Assembly: GCA_051294905.1 (NCBI GenBank)
Contig: CM119377.1
Location: forward strand, 4,650,001 to 4,714,000
From: Botryllus schlosseri
Lineage: Eukaryota
Direction: 5' to 3'
DNA: 64,000 bases
The notes beneath the pieces were generated by a model. That model worked only from the letters and a program-made list of their open reading frames with translations, was not told the origin of the DNA and searched no databases. The position numbers and the translations under genes are program-made. This document shows, piece by piece, positions 24,801-37,078 of this stretch. Each line of letters begins with the position of its first letter. Positions within the stretch are counted from its first letter, which is position 1.

Positions 24801-27521
24801 TTGCATTTACATTTTCTACAAAAAGAGACTGTGTCATTTCGTCTGATAATTTTTTTAAACCACGGGCTGATTTGTTGTTGTGCGCGGTGCACATTTTTCT
24901 GTGCACGCTGGCTTTGTCATTAGTGTGCGCAGCTTAGAGGGAACATTGCTCGAAGCTATCAATTTTCACCTTCAGGGGAAATTGTGGTTATAGGTTATAG
25001 GTGTTTGTTTGAATGCGAGTGTAGTCTATGTTACCGTAATTAAAAATAAACATATGGTTCGCCTTTATTATTTCTTATTTTCATCTGATTCTATCAAAGT
25101 ATGGTTTTTGCGGCGTCTCATCACATTGAGTAGCCTACATGTTGTTGCTGGAAAACCAAATTGTCTTATGTCCGATGTTGGTGATTTTGCCTTTGACCAT
25201 GTAATTGGACATCAACCATTTTTCTTTTCAATTTACCTTGAACATTCAAGCTCATACGTTTACTTCAATACAGATTTCTACCACCTAGAAAAATGTAACC
25301 CAGCTAAAACAAAAGATCTTTGTCCAAAACTCAAAATTACCAAATTTGGACATAAAACAGCTTGGTTTTCCAGCGACGATGTAATCACTGTGGTGAGTCC
25401 TCTGACCATCTCCATAAGAATCAGGAATTGTTACATAGCAAATAAAATAGTGATTTTTATTTCAAATTCCTATCTGCGCGTCAAGCATTTGTCGCCGATG
25501 ATGAGAATCAGAATTGTTGCCATAATGACGGTTTATTGCAATTACATTGTTTGCAACTTCCTTTCCCTGCGAGTTCCAGGAACTTTACATTTAACGAGCC
25601 CTTAGTGATTGCCGCCGCGTTTCGTTGAACCTGATTTGTTTTCTGTGTCTTTTTCAGGAATCGCTCGACATATTCGAGGTGATCGTGAACAACTCTTATT
25701 TGAAAGACATTTCCATTATTCTTTTCCTCAACAAGTATGATTTGCTGATCGCCAAAATCCAGCAGGGAATTAAAATCTCAGACTATTTTCCGGAGTTCCT
25801 CGACACTCATAAGGGGGACCCGCTCAATTTGGACCACGTGAAAGGGTTTCTTCTGTACAAGTAAGGATTGAGCTTCTACTTTTACCACTCGCGACCACGT
25901 CGTCGAACTACCATATGGCAGACAAAAAAGATCGCCGCTCTATCAAATATGCGGGACGGGCTTTGTGGAACAGTGCAGGGTTGTAATGACTCGAGTCACG
26001 ATTTTCTGATGACTCGACTTGACTCGAGTCATTTTCACAAAATTCGGAAATGTCTCGACATTGACTCGAATCAAGTCATGACTCGCCACTCAGACGGCCA
26101 AGGCAGACATTTCATTGTAATTTCGAAGAATAGTAAAGTTACCACACTATTGGGAGTTCGTCTATTGGTACTGGTACTTGAAAATACGACCAGAAACTGC
26201 TAAAAGTGAAGAAAATTAGTATATTCTAAATGCGTGCCATTCGACATCACCAAACAGAGTTATAAAAAGTGGGTTAACAAGACTTTAACTGGAAACTGAG
26301 CAGTTAACACACAATGACGTGGACTCGGACTCGAGTCATAATACCATGACTCGGAGTCGACCCTCTGCTCGCTGACTTGGACTCGGACTTGACTCGGTGG
26401 TGAATTGAAAATGACTCGACTTGACTCGAGTCAAAACTATAAAAGTGAGATTTACTTGTGACTCGGAGAATTGTGACTTCGTTACTACATCCCTGGAACA
26501 GTGTCACGCCGGTTAGCACTCTAGTTTACCGGACCATGACCTGACATATCGATCTGGCCTTCCGACACATGCCGCCTTTTTTGTCGCCTGTCCTTTCATA
26601 TTATCTTTTTTTACTTTTCGTTCAGTGTGCATGCCTCCTTTTCTACATCGCCTAGGCCCAGGTTGGTGTCCGATTTCGAAGACCACTCCAAGTCGTTTCG
26701 ACACCTTCCTATCGTTCATGGTATCGCAGTCTTGTGGTGTATTGAAATGATGAAATTTTTAGCAATAAATTGAATTGAATTGAAGTCCTAAAGCGCTGTT
26801 TTAAGCCTGTAACATATACCAACACAAGCCTTGTAGCCGAAGTCGCTCTCATTCAGCTAGCAACGCTAGCCAGAGAAATTTGAGCGATTTTCGTGACCTT
26901 ATAGTCAGAAAGCTATTTTCCATCAGACCATCCAACAGTTTAAAATTTTGTCCCAGACGGGCCTGGTGGGTCAGACCGGATACTGGTTGTACCACTGGCC
27001 TGGGTGGTCAAAATAGTCAGTGTCGGTAGGCCTACTACGGTAGAAGTAGAATAATGTAAATTTCTACTCAATTACAAGTAGAAATAGCCATTCGCGAGTG
27101 GGAGCGGAAATTAATGCCTAAAAGTTATTTGTGTGACTTGTTTCAAAAAGTAGGCCTAGATTTGATTTGTGGGGTCACTTAGGACTGCTCGGAGGTGGTA
27201 CTCGTGGTTAAGTACTCTGAAAAAGCGGACGTATGCTGCTTTGCTGCTGGTCACCTCTGAAAACTGGTATCACTGTGATTGCGCATGTGAAATGATAATG
27301 AATAATTATGAATGAAAAAAAATCAATTTTCCTTGTAGCAATGGCATTTGAAAAACTTGTTTTTTTCTCGTCGCAGATTCGAGTCTCAGAGGAGAAATCG
27401 CAACGCGCCATTTTTCCACCACTTCACGACAGCCATCGACACGGAGAACATTCGCTTTGTGTACAACGCAGTCGAGGACACCATACTGCAGGATAACCTA
27501 AAGAAACTGATGTTGGAATGA
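15900..27521 (+). CDS. GNA12/13: Heterotrimeric G protein alpha subunit, G12/13 class, 362 aa, 8 coding exons
   Basis: Exons 15900-16004, 17012-17158, 19215-19415, 20161-20211, 20800-20931, 21543-21647, 25658-25860, 27377-27521 join in frame. Motifs: [18 protein letters not shown] (switch I Arg), [18 protein letters not shown]. Class-diagnostic [23 protein letters not shown] and C-terminal DNLKKLMLE. Confidence 0.95.
17955..18646. mobile_element. hAT Charlie/Buster-type non-autonomous element
   Basis: CAGGACCGGCCAACC...GGTTGGCCGCCCCTG; TSD TACTATAC / TACTATAT (7/8, central TA). Confidence 0.75.
20960..21512. repeat. Tandem repeat, ~151-bp unit x ~3.6, filling G-alpha intron 5
   Basis: Unit starts at about 20968, 21119, 21270 and 21428 (ggtatcttggtattttgtacttgtaattttggtattcaactagggcttgtgggcac...). 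Confidence 0.9.
23297..23315. repeat. (GA)n microsatellite
   Basis: Direct inspection. Confidence 0.85.
24335..24466. repeat. 64-bp tandem duplication rich in TAACCC-like motifs, probably part of a non-autonomous TE
   Basis: aaacatagccctgaaattaa...cctaacccaagactaaccctaa.ctgtaagt occurs at 24335 and 24399. Confidence 0.75.
24714..24948. mobile_element. Small hAT MITE (CAGTGTTCCCTCTAA-type TIR)
   Basis: CAATGGTCCCTCTAA...TTAGAGGGAACATTG; flanks CTCAACGC / CTCGAAGC (6/8). Confidence 0.6.
25976..26495 (+). mobile_element. GACTCGAGTC-rich hAT MITE (copy E)
   Basis: CAGGGTTGTAAT...CATCCCTG; perfect TSD GAACAGTG (25968-25975, 26496-26503). Confidence 0.88.
26532..26784 (+). mobile_element. 3' tail of a non-LTR retroelement (LINE/SINE)
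   Basis: Ends AATAAA-(TTGAA)3; a diverged second copy lies at 58337-58501 plus 60068-60155. Confidence 0.55.
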
Positions 27522-28693
27522 AGTTGCAACGACAGGAAAAGGCAACTTCATTCCTGGAATGGACCGGTGCGCCCCCAGGCGACGCCGGCTATCGTTAACG
27601 ATCTGAAAAATTGTGGGCCCCGGCGAGATTGACGCTGTACGACTGGCTGTCTTTGTTCTGTCGCATTTCGATAACTGCATTTTTCTTCCTTGTAAATTAC
27701 CAAGTCCGTACGCCTGCATGGTCAAAAACAATATTTTTAATCCGCGCGCGTCAACAGACGTTTAATAGTATCACACCGTAGCAAATATGCAGTAGAGAAT
27801 ACAGACCATCGTCAAGATCTGGGTCCTACTATGTTCCATTGTCGTGCTGTCAAAGTCCTTGAAAGGCCACTTTCGTGCCAGTATTATGTCGTAGCTGCAT
27901 AATCGACATATTTATTGGAAAATGTCATGTTTGAAATGTCGAGAATACAATTTTCCCTCCAATAACGCCTTGACGATGTCCCTCGTCGTAACCCACGCTG
28001 AACTGCAGATTTCATTGTGTTTTTTTCCGCTTTTGACTGTTCCCTGTTTCACCGCAGATATCAGAATAACGTGCCTTGAGATATATACCCTCGTTAGACA
28101 GCCACATTTTCGACTGGCGAATCATGTCATTGTAATCTGATAATCCGCTGTTGTGTTTTTGAGGTTATTGTGGGATAGGTGGTTATTAAAATCTCAAAAC
28201 GATTACTGCAATTAATTGAACCTTTATGAATCTGTCAACCTCGTCCACTTAAAAACGAGACATACTGTCTCATGCCTTCACGGTAATGACGTCGTTTGGC
28301 AGTTTTTATGCATTTCGTAATTGCTTGCTTGTTTTATCGGTAGGATGGCCCCATTCGAGGAGTTGTGCCAATGCGAATAGATCACCAGTGCTTTATCTTT
28401 TTAATATCTTGTTAGCGCCAGATGAGATGTACTCCGTTGTGTTGAGTGGCCCTAAAATATGTTCCGGCGCTGCTTGACGCGTTAATCTCGGCAGCCCGGC
28501 CTCGTGATTCTCAACTGTACTGCGATCTGAGATGCAATCAAATGTCACGCGTATTTTCTGAATTATTACTTATGTCTCTATATGTTCTCGTTTCAAAGCA
28601 TAGTACGTTAATTTAGTTCATCTATCAGGTGTATTCGAATCTTGGTCAGTAACGGAATTTTTCGTGTAGCTCCGGGGCCATTATGATTTCAAC

Positions 28694-29466
28694 CAGTGGT
28701 TCTCAACCTTTAGTGCTTGCGCACCGGTAGAATTTCAAAATAAATTCAGCTGTCTGGCAAACTTTTTAAAAATGGATACCAACTAATAATTACTAATTGG
28801 TGTCATCTGCTGATGATGATTAGGGACATCAGCTTTATTAGGTTATAAGCATATAACCCAAAGAACACCTGAAGAAATGATGTTGCAAATTATAGGTTAA
28901 TTACAACACTGGGCGCACAAGCTGTTCATGTACTTGATTTGCTGTAGCGAGAATCGGGATGTGGTAACACTCCGTCATTTAGAGATGTGTTATCACAAAA
29001 GTATGCTTCTCAAAACAAAGAAATGGAACTTGAATTTACTGCTGTCTTTTAGATATTACACCTGTTATGCGTGGTTCTGTCAAAGTGTCTGCGAGGCAAT
29101 GAAACCACCGACTTTGTTATGGCCGATGGGTTGTTGCGACTTTGCAGTTTGCTAGATTCTGTTATGCTGTCAAATGTCGCTAAATTGTGCTTATGAAATT
29201 TGTCAAACTTTGATGGAAAAGTCCTCTGAGCTTTCACATATTACTGGTCTTGAACGAGTTGTGGGCTACTTTTATGCGGTTTGGTACGACGCTTGCGGCA
29301 TTGTGATGCAGCATTGGTCCAGAGTAAACTGTGAACTCTATTTCATGTCAGAAATCGTTCTAAATGGGTTTCGTTGAATTTTGTATTTTCTCAAATTCAT
29401 TCTTTAAATCATGCACCGGTTCTTGCAAATATAATTTGAATCTATTTGGAGGGTTGAGAACCACTA
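28694..29466. mobile_element. hAT Charlie-type non-autonomous element, downstream of the G-alpha stop codon
   Basis: CAGTGGTTCTCAACC...GGTTGAGAACCACTA; no matching TSD found. Confidence 0.6.
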
Positions 29467-32367
29467 AACAACACTAAGTAACGACATTGTTGCCAAGGCT
29501 ATAAAATTAGTCAAATCGGACACTGATTAACCGGTATATAGGCCTACTGATATCCACCAAGAGAAATTGTTTGTAATTTGTTCATATTACCAGCTCATTT
29601 TAGAGTGCAGTTTCAAAGTGTTTCTGCTAGATATTGCGGTCGCATTTCTGTGACAATGTGCTAACGAACAACCTACTGTATTTTCTTGTTTTTAAATTCG
29701 TGCTTCCAATTAGTATTTGGCCAACGTTGCATCGCTTGCAATGCTAAACGGTTTTCAGTGCCATGATGACTCGCATATCGGATTTTTTCATGCAAAATTT
29801 ACTCGTCGATGAAGGCATAGTCCTTTTCTGTATTTTTATTGTACTCCAAACATGAAAAAGAGGGTCTTGGTATATACAAGGCATGCAGACTCTTTTCGTT
29901 CTGAAATTTTGACGTGAAAATTGTATTCGCGTTTGTCATCCACGCTAGCGAACTGCATGTCCGAGAAATGTCGCTTGAGATTTTCGCGGTTCCGTATCGC
30001 TCCGCTCCGAAGAGATTATTCTAAAAATTGTTCTTGCTACTTAAGGATGTGATGTGTCCCAGTTATCTCCTAAATACACCGATTTGTGTGCCAGTTTCTA
30101 TGCTGCTAATTCTTGATTTTAATTCGCAAAGGGTCGTGTTACCGTTGTAACTCGTTAGGTGTTGATTTTATATCGAGTGACATTCTAGAGACGAATCCTA
30201 CAAATTACTGACTAGTATGCGTCAAGTATCTTGGTTTACAATCCATGCCATAATAGGTCCGCGTTATTAAGTATTCAATAGGTCATTGTGACTTATTTGC
30301 CATGCATAGTTTATTTCATTATTCATTGTGCGAGTGAGCTACTGACGCCAAATTTTTGTCTTACACCTACTACGTTTACTTTTTTCTACGGAACAAATCA
30401 TTTTATCAAATCGCATTCGTCGTGCCATCGCAAATGTTTAGATGCCAGTGACCAAAGATATGCGTCTGCCCAAATAACGAAATCGTTTTCATTGTGCCTT
30501 TTATTTTATCGCTGTACATACCTTGATGCTAATTCGGAGGTATACTCTCCGTAGCCAATGAACTTCTTTGTGACGTGAGGCATACTGACGAGCGTTCTCT
30601 ACTATTGTGTTATTGTTTCTGGAACATGCTCATTTATATTATTGGGAACACATTAAATTTTTCGGAATGAACGAACGTGTAAGTCTTAAAACAAACTGTG
30701 CAATAAGTAAATTCAGACAGTTGTGAGGCGATCATCAATAACTGAGGAATCGCTTGCGATTAATACAAATACATTGATTGATTGCCATCAAACGCGGACT
30801 TGTTTAGCAGCTCTGGCTAAATTCCATAGAAATTTCGAAGAATCTAACGGTGAAGCGCCCGTTGATTTGGTTGTGAAATTACCTATTTTTACCGGCCCTA
30901 ATGAAATTAGCTGTTGATAGACACGTTTTCGTTGCTTGCATTATGTTATGGTTGCTTTTTATTACCACAATAAGTACTAGTCGTTGATCAGTTTACATCC
31001 ATCAGCCTTGAAATCTTGTCTGAACGCAGTGTATAAGCTAGGTCGGTGCAAATAAATTGTCGGTCGGTTAAGATTAAATCGTATATTGGTGCAATACTCG
31101 CTATCATCACTTGATATCTAAATGTGGTTGTCCAACCAAAGCATGTCGAATACATCAATTGAGCAATGCTTGTGGCTATATCGCCTGCAGTATTTGCTGT
31201 CGTATTGACTGATGTCTGTACGATAACTATGCATGTTATCCCAGTCAGCTGTGTCTCTCAGCTGCAAAACACTGGCGTTTTGAAGATATTGTTAACAACT
31301 ATGTATCGTCCATACTGTCCCGCATTTAATTGCTAATGCGCGTCTGTCTGCTGTCTGATTATTCAGACCAACAAGAAAACACCCTTTATTTCCCCATGCA
31401 TTTGTCTGCTCTCGTGCGCGCCTTTCATTGTAGGCCTAGTGCTAAGGGATATTGACATGATTTGTTTATGTTCGGATTGTTCACGCATGAGCGCCTGTGC
31501 TGTTTTGAAACTTAACTTTGTGTTGTACATAGTTGGAAACGCATTGCTGTTTATTTGGTTTGCATCTCACGATCTCTTTTCGTAGTGTCTTGTCTTTTTT
31601 GTCATTATAATACAAGTAATAATACTCAAAATTTCTGTTTCGGTTTACTTGTCTTGAATCTGTAGCATACGCTGTAAACCTATTAATATAAATATTCAAG
31701 AATAGTTCAATTGTATTGTATCCTAGGGCTGGGACAAAATTTCTTGCAGACGTGGCTGAACCAATTCGGTATGATTAAAACCAGTTGCTGACGTTGAATA
31801 GCATATGCCGAAAATGGAATATGAAGTATGCCACAAGGCTCGAAAGAAAGATTTGGCAGTACCAAACCATTCCTGACTTTCGAAAGACTCAGAATTTGTT
31901 GCTCTGATGGTCATTAGAATCTGAGGTGGTCACTGTAGTCATTCTTGTGACCCTCGCATGAATTTCTACTCAATTATAAGCAGAGGCGGTCTAAGTTATC
32001 GGCGCTGGTACTCCGATAGAAGTAACATGGTAAATTTGACCTGCACAGGGATATCCTAGATTTGTCGATTATACTTTTCAAGTATAAAATGGAAGGTTTA
32101 AAAGATACTCAAGTAAGTGGTTTAAAAATGTAGCTTTGGTTGATGGGTCACGTATGTTTAGCTGTTAATCGAAGGCTGCTAGTTCACGAATTGCACGATG
32201 AATCTTCATGAATAACGCAAAATGTCAAAGGCTACTACAAATGGATGCAGTCCAATTGATGGGAATATTCATGCCCACAAAATTTGGGTTTTTATCGCTT
32301 ACAGTGGTGCACGTAGATTTCAGAAAATTTACTGTACGAAAATATGCTGAATGCATGCATATTGTAA

Positions 32368-32502
32368 TAGGGTTACCATACGTCCTTTTTATAGCAAACA
32401 CAGGGCTGTCGGTTCAAAATCACCGGTTTTCTTGACCTGGGCTGAAGCTTTCAGGATTTTTGAAGTGTCCTCTATTTCGAATCTCAAAATATGGTAACCC
32501 TC
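32368..32502. mobile_element. 135-bp mini-MITE related to the TAGGCTTACC family
   Basis: TAGGGTTACCATACGTCC...ATATGGTAACCCTC; flanks TATTGTAA / TATTATAA (7/8). Confidence 0.7.
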
Positions 32503-32715
32503 TATTATAATAATATTAATAATATATATTTACCGTTAGAATATTCAGAAGACAGTATTATCCACAGACGAGTCACTTTAATCGGAGTGCTATCAAGAAG
32601 TAACTATCTACATTTCTACTACTGTACCTTTTTTCTTTCGCTCAAGATATTTGCTCCGAATAGAATTGTCAAGCAAAACCTTAATTCTATTTCTTAATCA
32701 CTGATGACATCTAAC

Positions 32716-33979
32716 CAGGCCTGTTTATTTTTGGATTTCTCCAAAAATAACAAAAATAGCTTATTTTTGGATGTTTTCAAATTTTATTTTTGGAGGATCT
32801 CCAAAAATAAGAATTGAAGGTGTTTTGAGCCCCATTACTACTGAAAAAATCCACCAAAAGTATGTTATTATCATGTATTCAAGTCCTGCAACACATAGAT
32901 ATCATCAGTGATCTTGATCTAACTTTCCAATACATTTTTCACAAATTTAGTCTTTGGCCTGGAGCATGCCTTCTAAAGAATATTAATCACTGCGAGACGC
33001 TCCCCCTCCTTGATTTTCGAGATATCGGTCTCGAACATCGCAATTGTGGGGAACATCGAGGTTAGGGGTCCAAAAATGGAGGAATGTCTAACTCTTCAAA
33101 CTTTCCAATCTTCCTTTGCTCCTGAAAAGCGCTCGTCAGTAATGAGCTTGAAACCTCTGATACTCCGCGAAGTTGCGTGCTTCATTGAACTTGACAGCCC
33201 AACACCATCTGACCAGAAAACCTTCCTTGTGGCGGTCCTCGTCCCAGTCCTCACCTGGACATAGGCGTTCGACCAGGTGCATGAGCTCCTGCTGCTGCAT
33301 GATCAGAACGTCAAGACCATGAAGCTTCGTGACGGTGGTGCTCAGCTATGTGCGAGCGTGACCATGCGATCGAGAACGATCAGATGGATCCACCACAGCA
33401 GCGAAGTTGCACACGCCGGACTGTTTTCGTCCATAACATCGAGGAGTTTGGTACGGTTTCCAGTCAACCAAGAGGCCACCCTCTTCATTGACAATAAACG
33501 AGCGACAACAAACTTGGGGCGCACGCTTTCCATCTACTCTGGATCAAGTTGTGTTGTCGTCTGAAGCATCAGCAGATGAGTCCCGTCATCGTGTGGACGA
33601 AGTGATTGTGACAGAGGTGGCTGTATATGATTTCGCCGTTCCCTTTGCCTCACTCAAGCTGCATTCCCGTCTTCTCTACGTGTCGCACTGTGAAACTTAT
33701 AGGAGTACAATGGCGGAGGGGCGGGCAGGCAGGCAGGCAATGTCAGCAGAAACGTGAAGTGGATTGAATGGAAGTAGTTTTAGCGTTTCGGTGACCCCTT
33801 CCCTCACATAGATGCTGTTTTGTGTGTTTTTATGAGTTTTCTAGTCGTTTACATCGCTCTGACTTGTTTATTTCACTGAAAAACATCATCCAAAAAAATC
33901 TTATTTTTGGATGTTTTCAAATCCTATTTTTGGAGAATCTCCAAAAATAAAACCCAATATCCAAAAATAAACAGGCCTG
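32716..33979. mobile_element. 1264-bp non-autonomous hAT element with GC-rich internal cargo
   Basis: Perfect 21-bp TIR CAGGCCTGTTTATTTTTGGAT; perfect TSD CATCTAAC (32708-32715, 33980-33987); subterminal TATTTTTGGA/TCCAAAAATA repeats. Confidence 0.9.
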
Positions 33980-36385
33980 CATCTAACCCATTATAGGACT
34001 AAACCCACGTTGAGTGTACACAAACACACCGCTTTCGGTCCTGGTATATTCCATATTGAACCACAAGAAATCAGAAACTTGAAAACTGTCCTAAAAAAGT
34101 TGAGAAAATACTGTAGTATTATATATTAAAGAACCATCGGTCTAGACAAGAAATCATGTCGACTTACTGAATACGAACGTTGCAATAATGTGTGGATGTA
34201 CAAAAAATGTTATAACATCAATTTCTCTGTAACTCACACATATGCACTTTTCTTTTGCTAAAACACTAATGTAGGCAGACATTGAATTCATGATAAAATC
34301 AATTCAAAGATTGACAAGTATATTATTATTTATAGACACGTCATTTGGTGTAGGGCTAGTCATTAAATAAGGAAAGACAGACACAAGTCTAGCCATCAAT
34401 CAACACTAAAGTAACGTCCATCCTTATACATGTGAGAGGTCATTGATCCAATGTACAACAGCATACCCAACAATACCAGTTTCAATATAGGGTTATCTAA
34501 GGCCGTCAAAAATATCCAAATCTCATTAAGGATTATCCCAATACAGTAGGAATTAAAACAAACCAAGACTTGGGAATTGCACAGTAATTGTAGAGAGGCT
34601 TCAATATCTAGAATAGATGAATCCAAATCCTAAGAAGATTAGTATCCCCTTATTGTTATTATCCAGATATCAATTTCCCAGTATGAGATGTTGGAGCATT
34701 ATGCTTCACCCATGCCACATAAGAAGTGCAAAAGGGTTCACAAACTCTCACATGAGGCTATAAACAATTGAGTTGTAACTAGATGCCATGGATTTCACTG
34801 GATGCCTTACCAAAAACAATATTAAAGACTGAATATATTCAAAGTAAAAGCAGAACCATGTTGAGTGAATGCCACATTTATTACTGTCAGAGCTGTTTGG
34901 CATTTCAGCTTAAATGTCTTTCAGTACTGAAGCCAACACTTTTTGTAGGTTGAAAAACAGCCTGGTCGTTGTGTTCAAGTGTGACTTGTGCTTAAGACAT
35001 GACTATATCGGTGTGCTAACATATTCTCTATTACAAATGCGGGTAAGCGATATATACCAAGGCCATCATCATCACCATGAGTGGGTTCAAAATCATTTCT
35101 CCTCAACAGGCACTGTATTTTCATATACAACCAGTATTCAGCTATTATGTAGTGCTAAATATTGCATCTTTGTTTGAGACCAGACACGTTTTCAGTACCC
35201 TCTCGTTCAATGGTCTATTCACAGCAACGTTAAACTTTGTGTTTATAACTAGAAAGTTTCATCGACGTTAGCTCGAGATACAAAATCTTACCTCTGTTAT
35301 TCTGGTCGCATTTGCACAACACTAATATAAAAGCAAAGATACAAATTCAATGGGTAAAGGGCAAAGAGCAATTCGATAAGATTGCACAATTGTTTCGTTA
35401 TTCATCAGAGGTGATCAAGTTATTGATGCTCGGGTATAAAGGTATGACTTGAAAACACGTCTGAAGCGGTCTTCAAATTATTTGAAATGTGACAGAGAGT
35501 TCAGTTGCGAGGACCGAAAATTGCATGCCATATCTGATTTCGGGAAAGCAGATAGGACAGCTATTATCGCGTAAATGAAGCAAGTAGCGTCAAAATCGGT
35601 CGCACACTTTCAGCAGTTGATCCGACATCACAACTTTCGAAATCGCAAGATGTATCTTCGCGAGTGAAACAACAAATACCGATAAAATCTTTAAATAATC
35701 CTCAGTTACAATTCCTCTCATAGAAGTGATGCAAACTTCTCCCAATAGTCCATTCAAGTTTCCAAAACAAGCGAGTAGTTTTTCCTTAAAAACTGTTAAA
35801 ATATAGGAGAAGTGGACCAAAAACGCAACCACTTGTGCAAGCATTGCAAGTAAGCAAACCCTACATGAGTACTCTGGAAAAGTAGTACCTTGTTACACAC
35901 CACCTTATATCATCAAGCATTAAGTGCTCATCCGTAAATCATTTCACATTAGTATCGGTATGTAAAGCCAAAACAAAACCGCTCGAGCAACAACAGCTGA
36001 CCACCTCTGGCCCAAATTTCTTTACATCCTGCCCCATCATATTTTACAAACCAGTTAAACGGACCGACCCAAAGCATCGTTAAACGAGGGCCAGGAGAGC
36101 GCAGGTACAAACCTACGTCATCCAAGCACTATTCAATATAATCGTAACACGACAAAAAATCTCAAGAACCATATAAAAAGCACAATGAATTTCACTACAT
36201 AGCAACACGTAACGACACTTAAAAAAAATCAGTACAAGAAAGTAAAAAGCAAAAAAACGCAAGGAATGTCCTATCGTATGACTGACAGTTCACCGACGTT
36301 AGCGGTAAAGAGATTCGGCAAGTTCTCTCCGCAGGAAGATTGTGTCTCGGCAGTACCGTTCTCGATACGGATATCCCCATTCAGG

Positions 36386-37078
36386 TCAAGTCGAGGTGAT
36401 AGCCACTGAAAGTGTGACGCTCGCCTCCTGTAGAGACGTCGTCAGACTTTCGGCTGGTCGTTTTTGCGCGATTTTCGAATCCGAAACGACTTGAGACGAA
36501 ACCTCTCTCGTATCGGACGCGGAGAACTTGAAATCTCTCTCCTCTTCGTCCTCCTCATCGTCGCTCTGCGAGGAATCTGCGTCGCCTTCGATGTGCCGCA
36601 TCTCAAAGTCCGTAATGCTAGGCTTGCGAACCAGCGACGCAGACGTCTTCATGAGGATGGTCGACTTCAACTTTTGCTTCGTGTAATCCGATATTGAACC
36701 GGTGCGGTATATTTTTCGGTGCAGCAGCACTCCAGATTTTTCATTATCAACAGATTTTTCCTTATCATCGCTATCCTCAACACACACCGGCATAGAAGAA
36801 GACCGTAGTAACGGCGCTCTGACCCTGCTGGGCACGTGCAGGTGTTTCAAGCGAGGGTCCTCTTTCAAACGTTTGGTGCGGTTTTCTTGCGTTTGGGAAT
36901 CATTTTTCGTCGGCGAACTCAAACCCGACGCTTGACTCTGCGCTGGCGTGATTTTCGTGTACGACTTCTCGCCCGATTTCACGATAGTGACGCCGGCAGC
37001 CGGCGTCTTTCCCTGGTCTTTATCAACGGTGTCGCTTTCATTCGATACATTCACGGTACCATCTGCTGTTTCCTCCAT
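36386..37078 (-). CDS. Intronless 230-aa Ser/acidic-rich protein carrying a Cabin1-type MEF2-binding motif and an LxVP calcineurin-docking-like motif
   Basis: Single ORF with ATG and TGA, in a locally GC-richer stretch. GSISDYTKQKLKSTILMKTSASLVRKPSI (36614-36700) matches the human Cabin1 tail as I recall it ([29 protein letters not shown]). It is followed by SSQ plus an acidic run, and preceded by KHLHVPS. Confidence 0.75.
   Translation of the reverse strand: MEETADGTVNVSNESDTVDKDQGKTPAAGVTIVKSGEKSYTKITPAQSQASGLSSPTKNDSQTQENRTKRLKEDPRLKHLHVPSRVRAPLLRSSSMPVCVEDSDDKEKSVDNEKSGVLLHRKIYRTGSISDYTKQKLKSTILMKTSASLVRKPSITDFEMRHIEGDADSSQSDDEEDEEERDFKFSASDTREVSSQVVSDSKIAQKRPAESLTTSLQEASVTLSVAITST

Noticed and set aside
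25009-25605. 198-aa ORF
   Set aside because: It is intronic to G-alpha, has a non-ATG start and AT-rich composition with no motif; the G-alpha model is complete without it.
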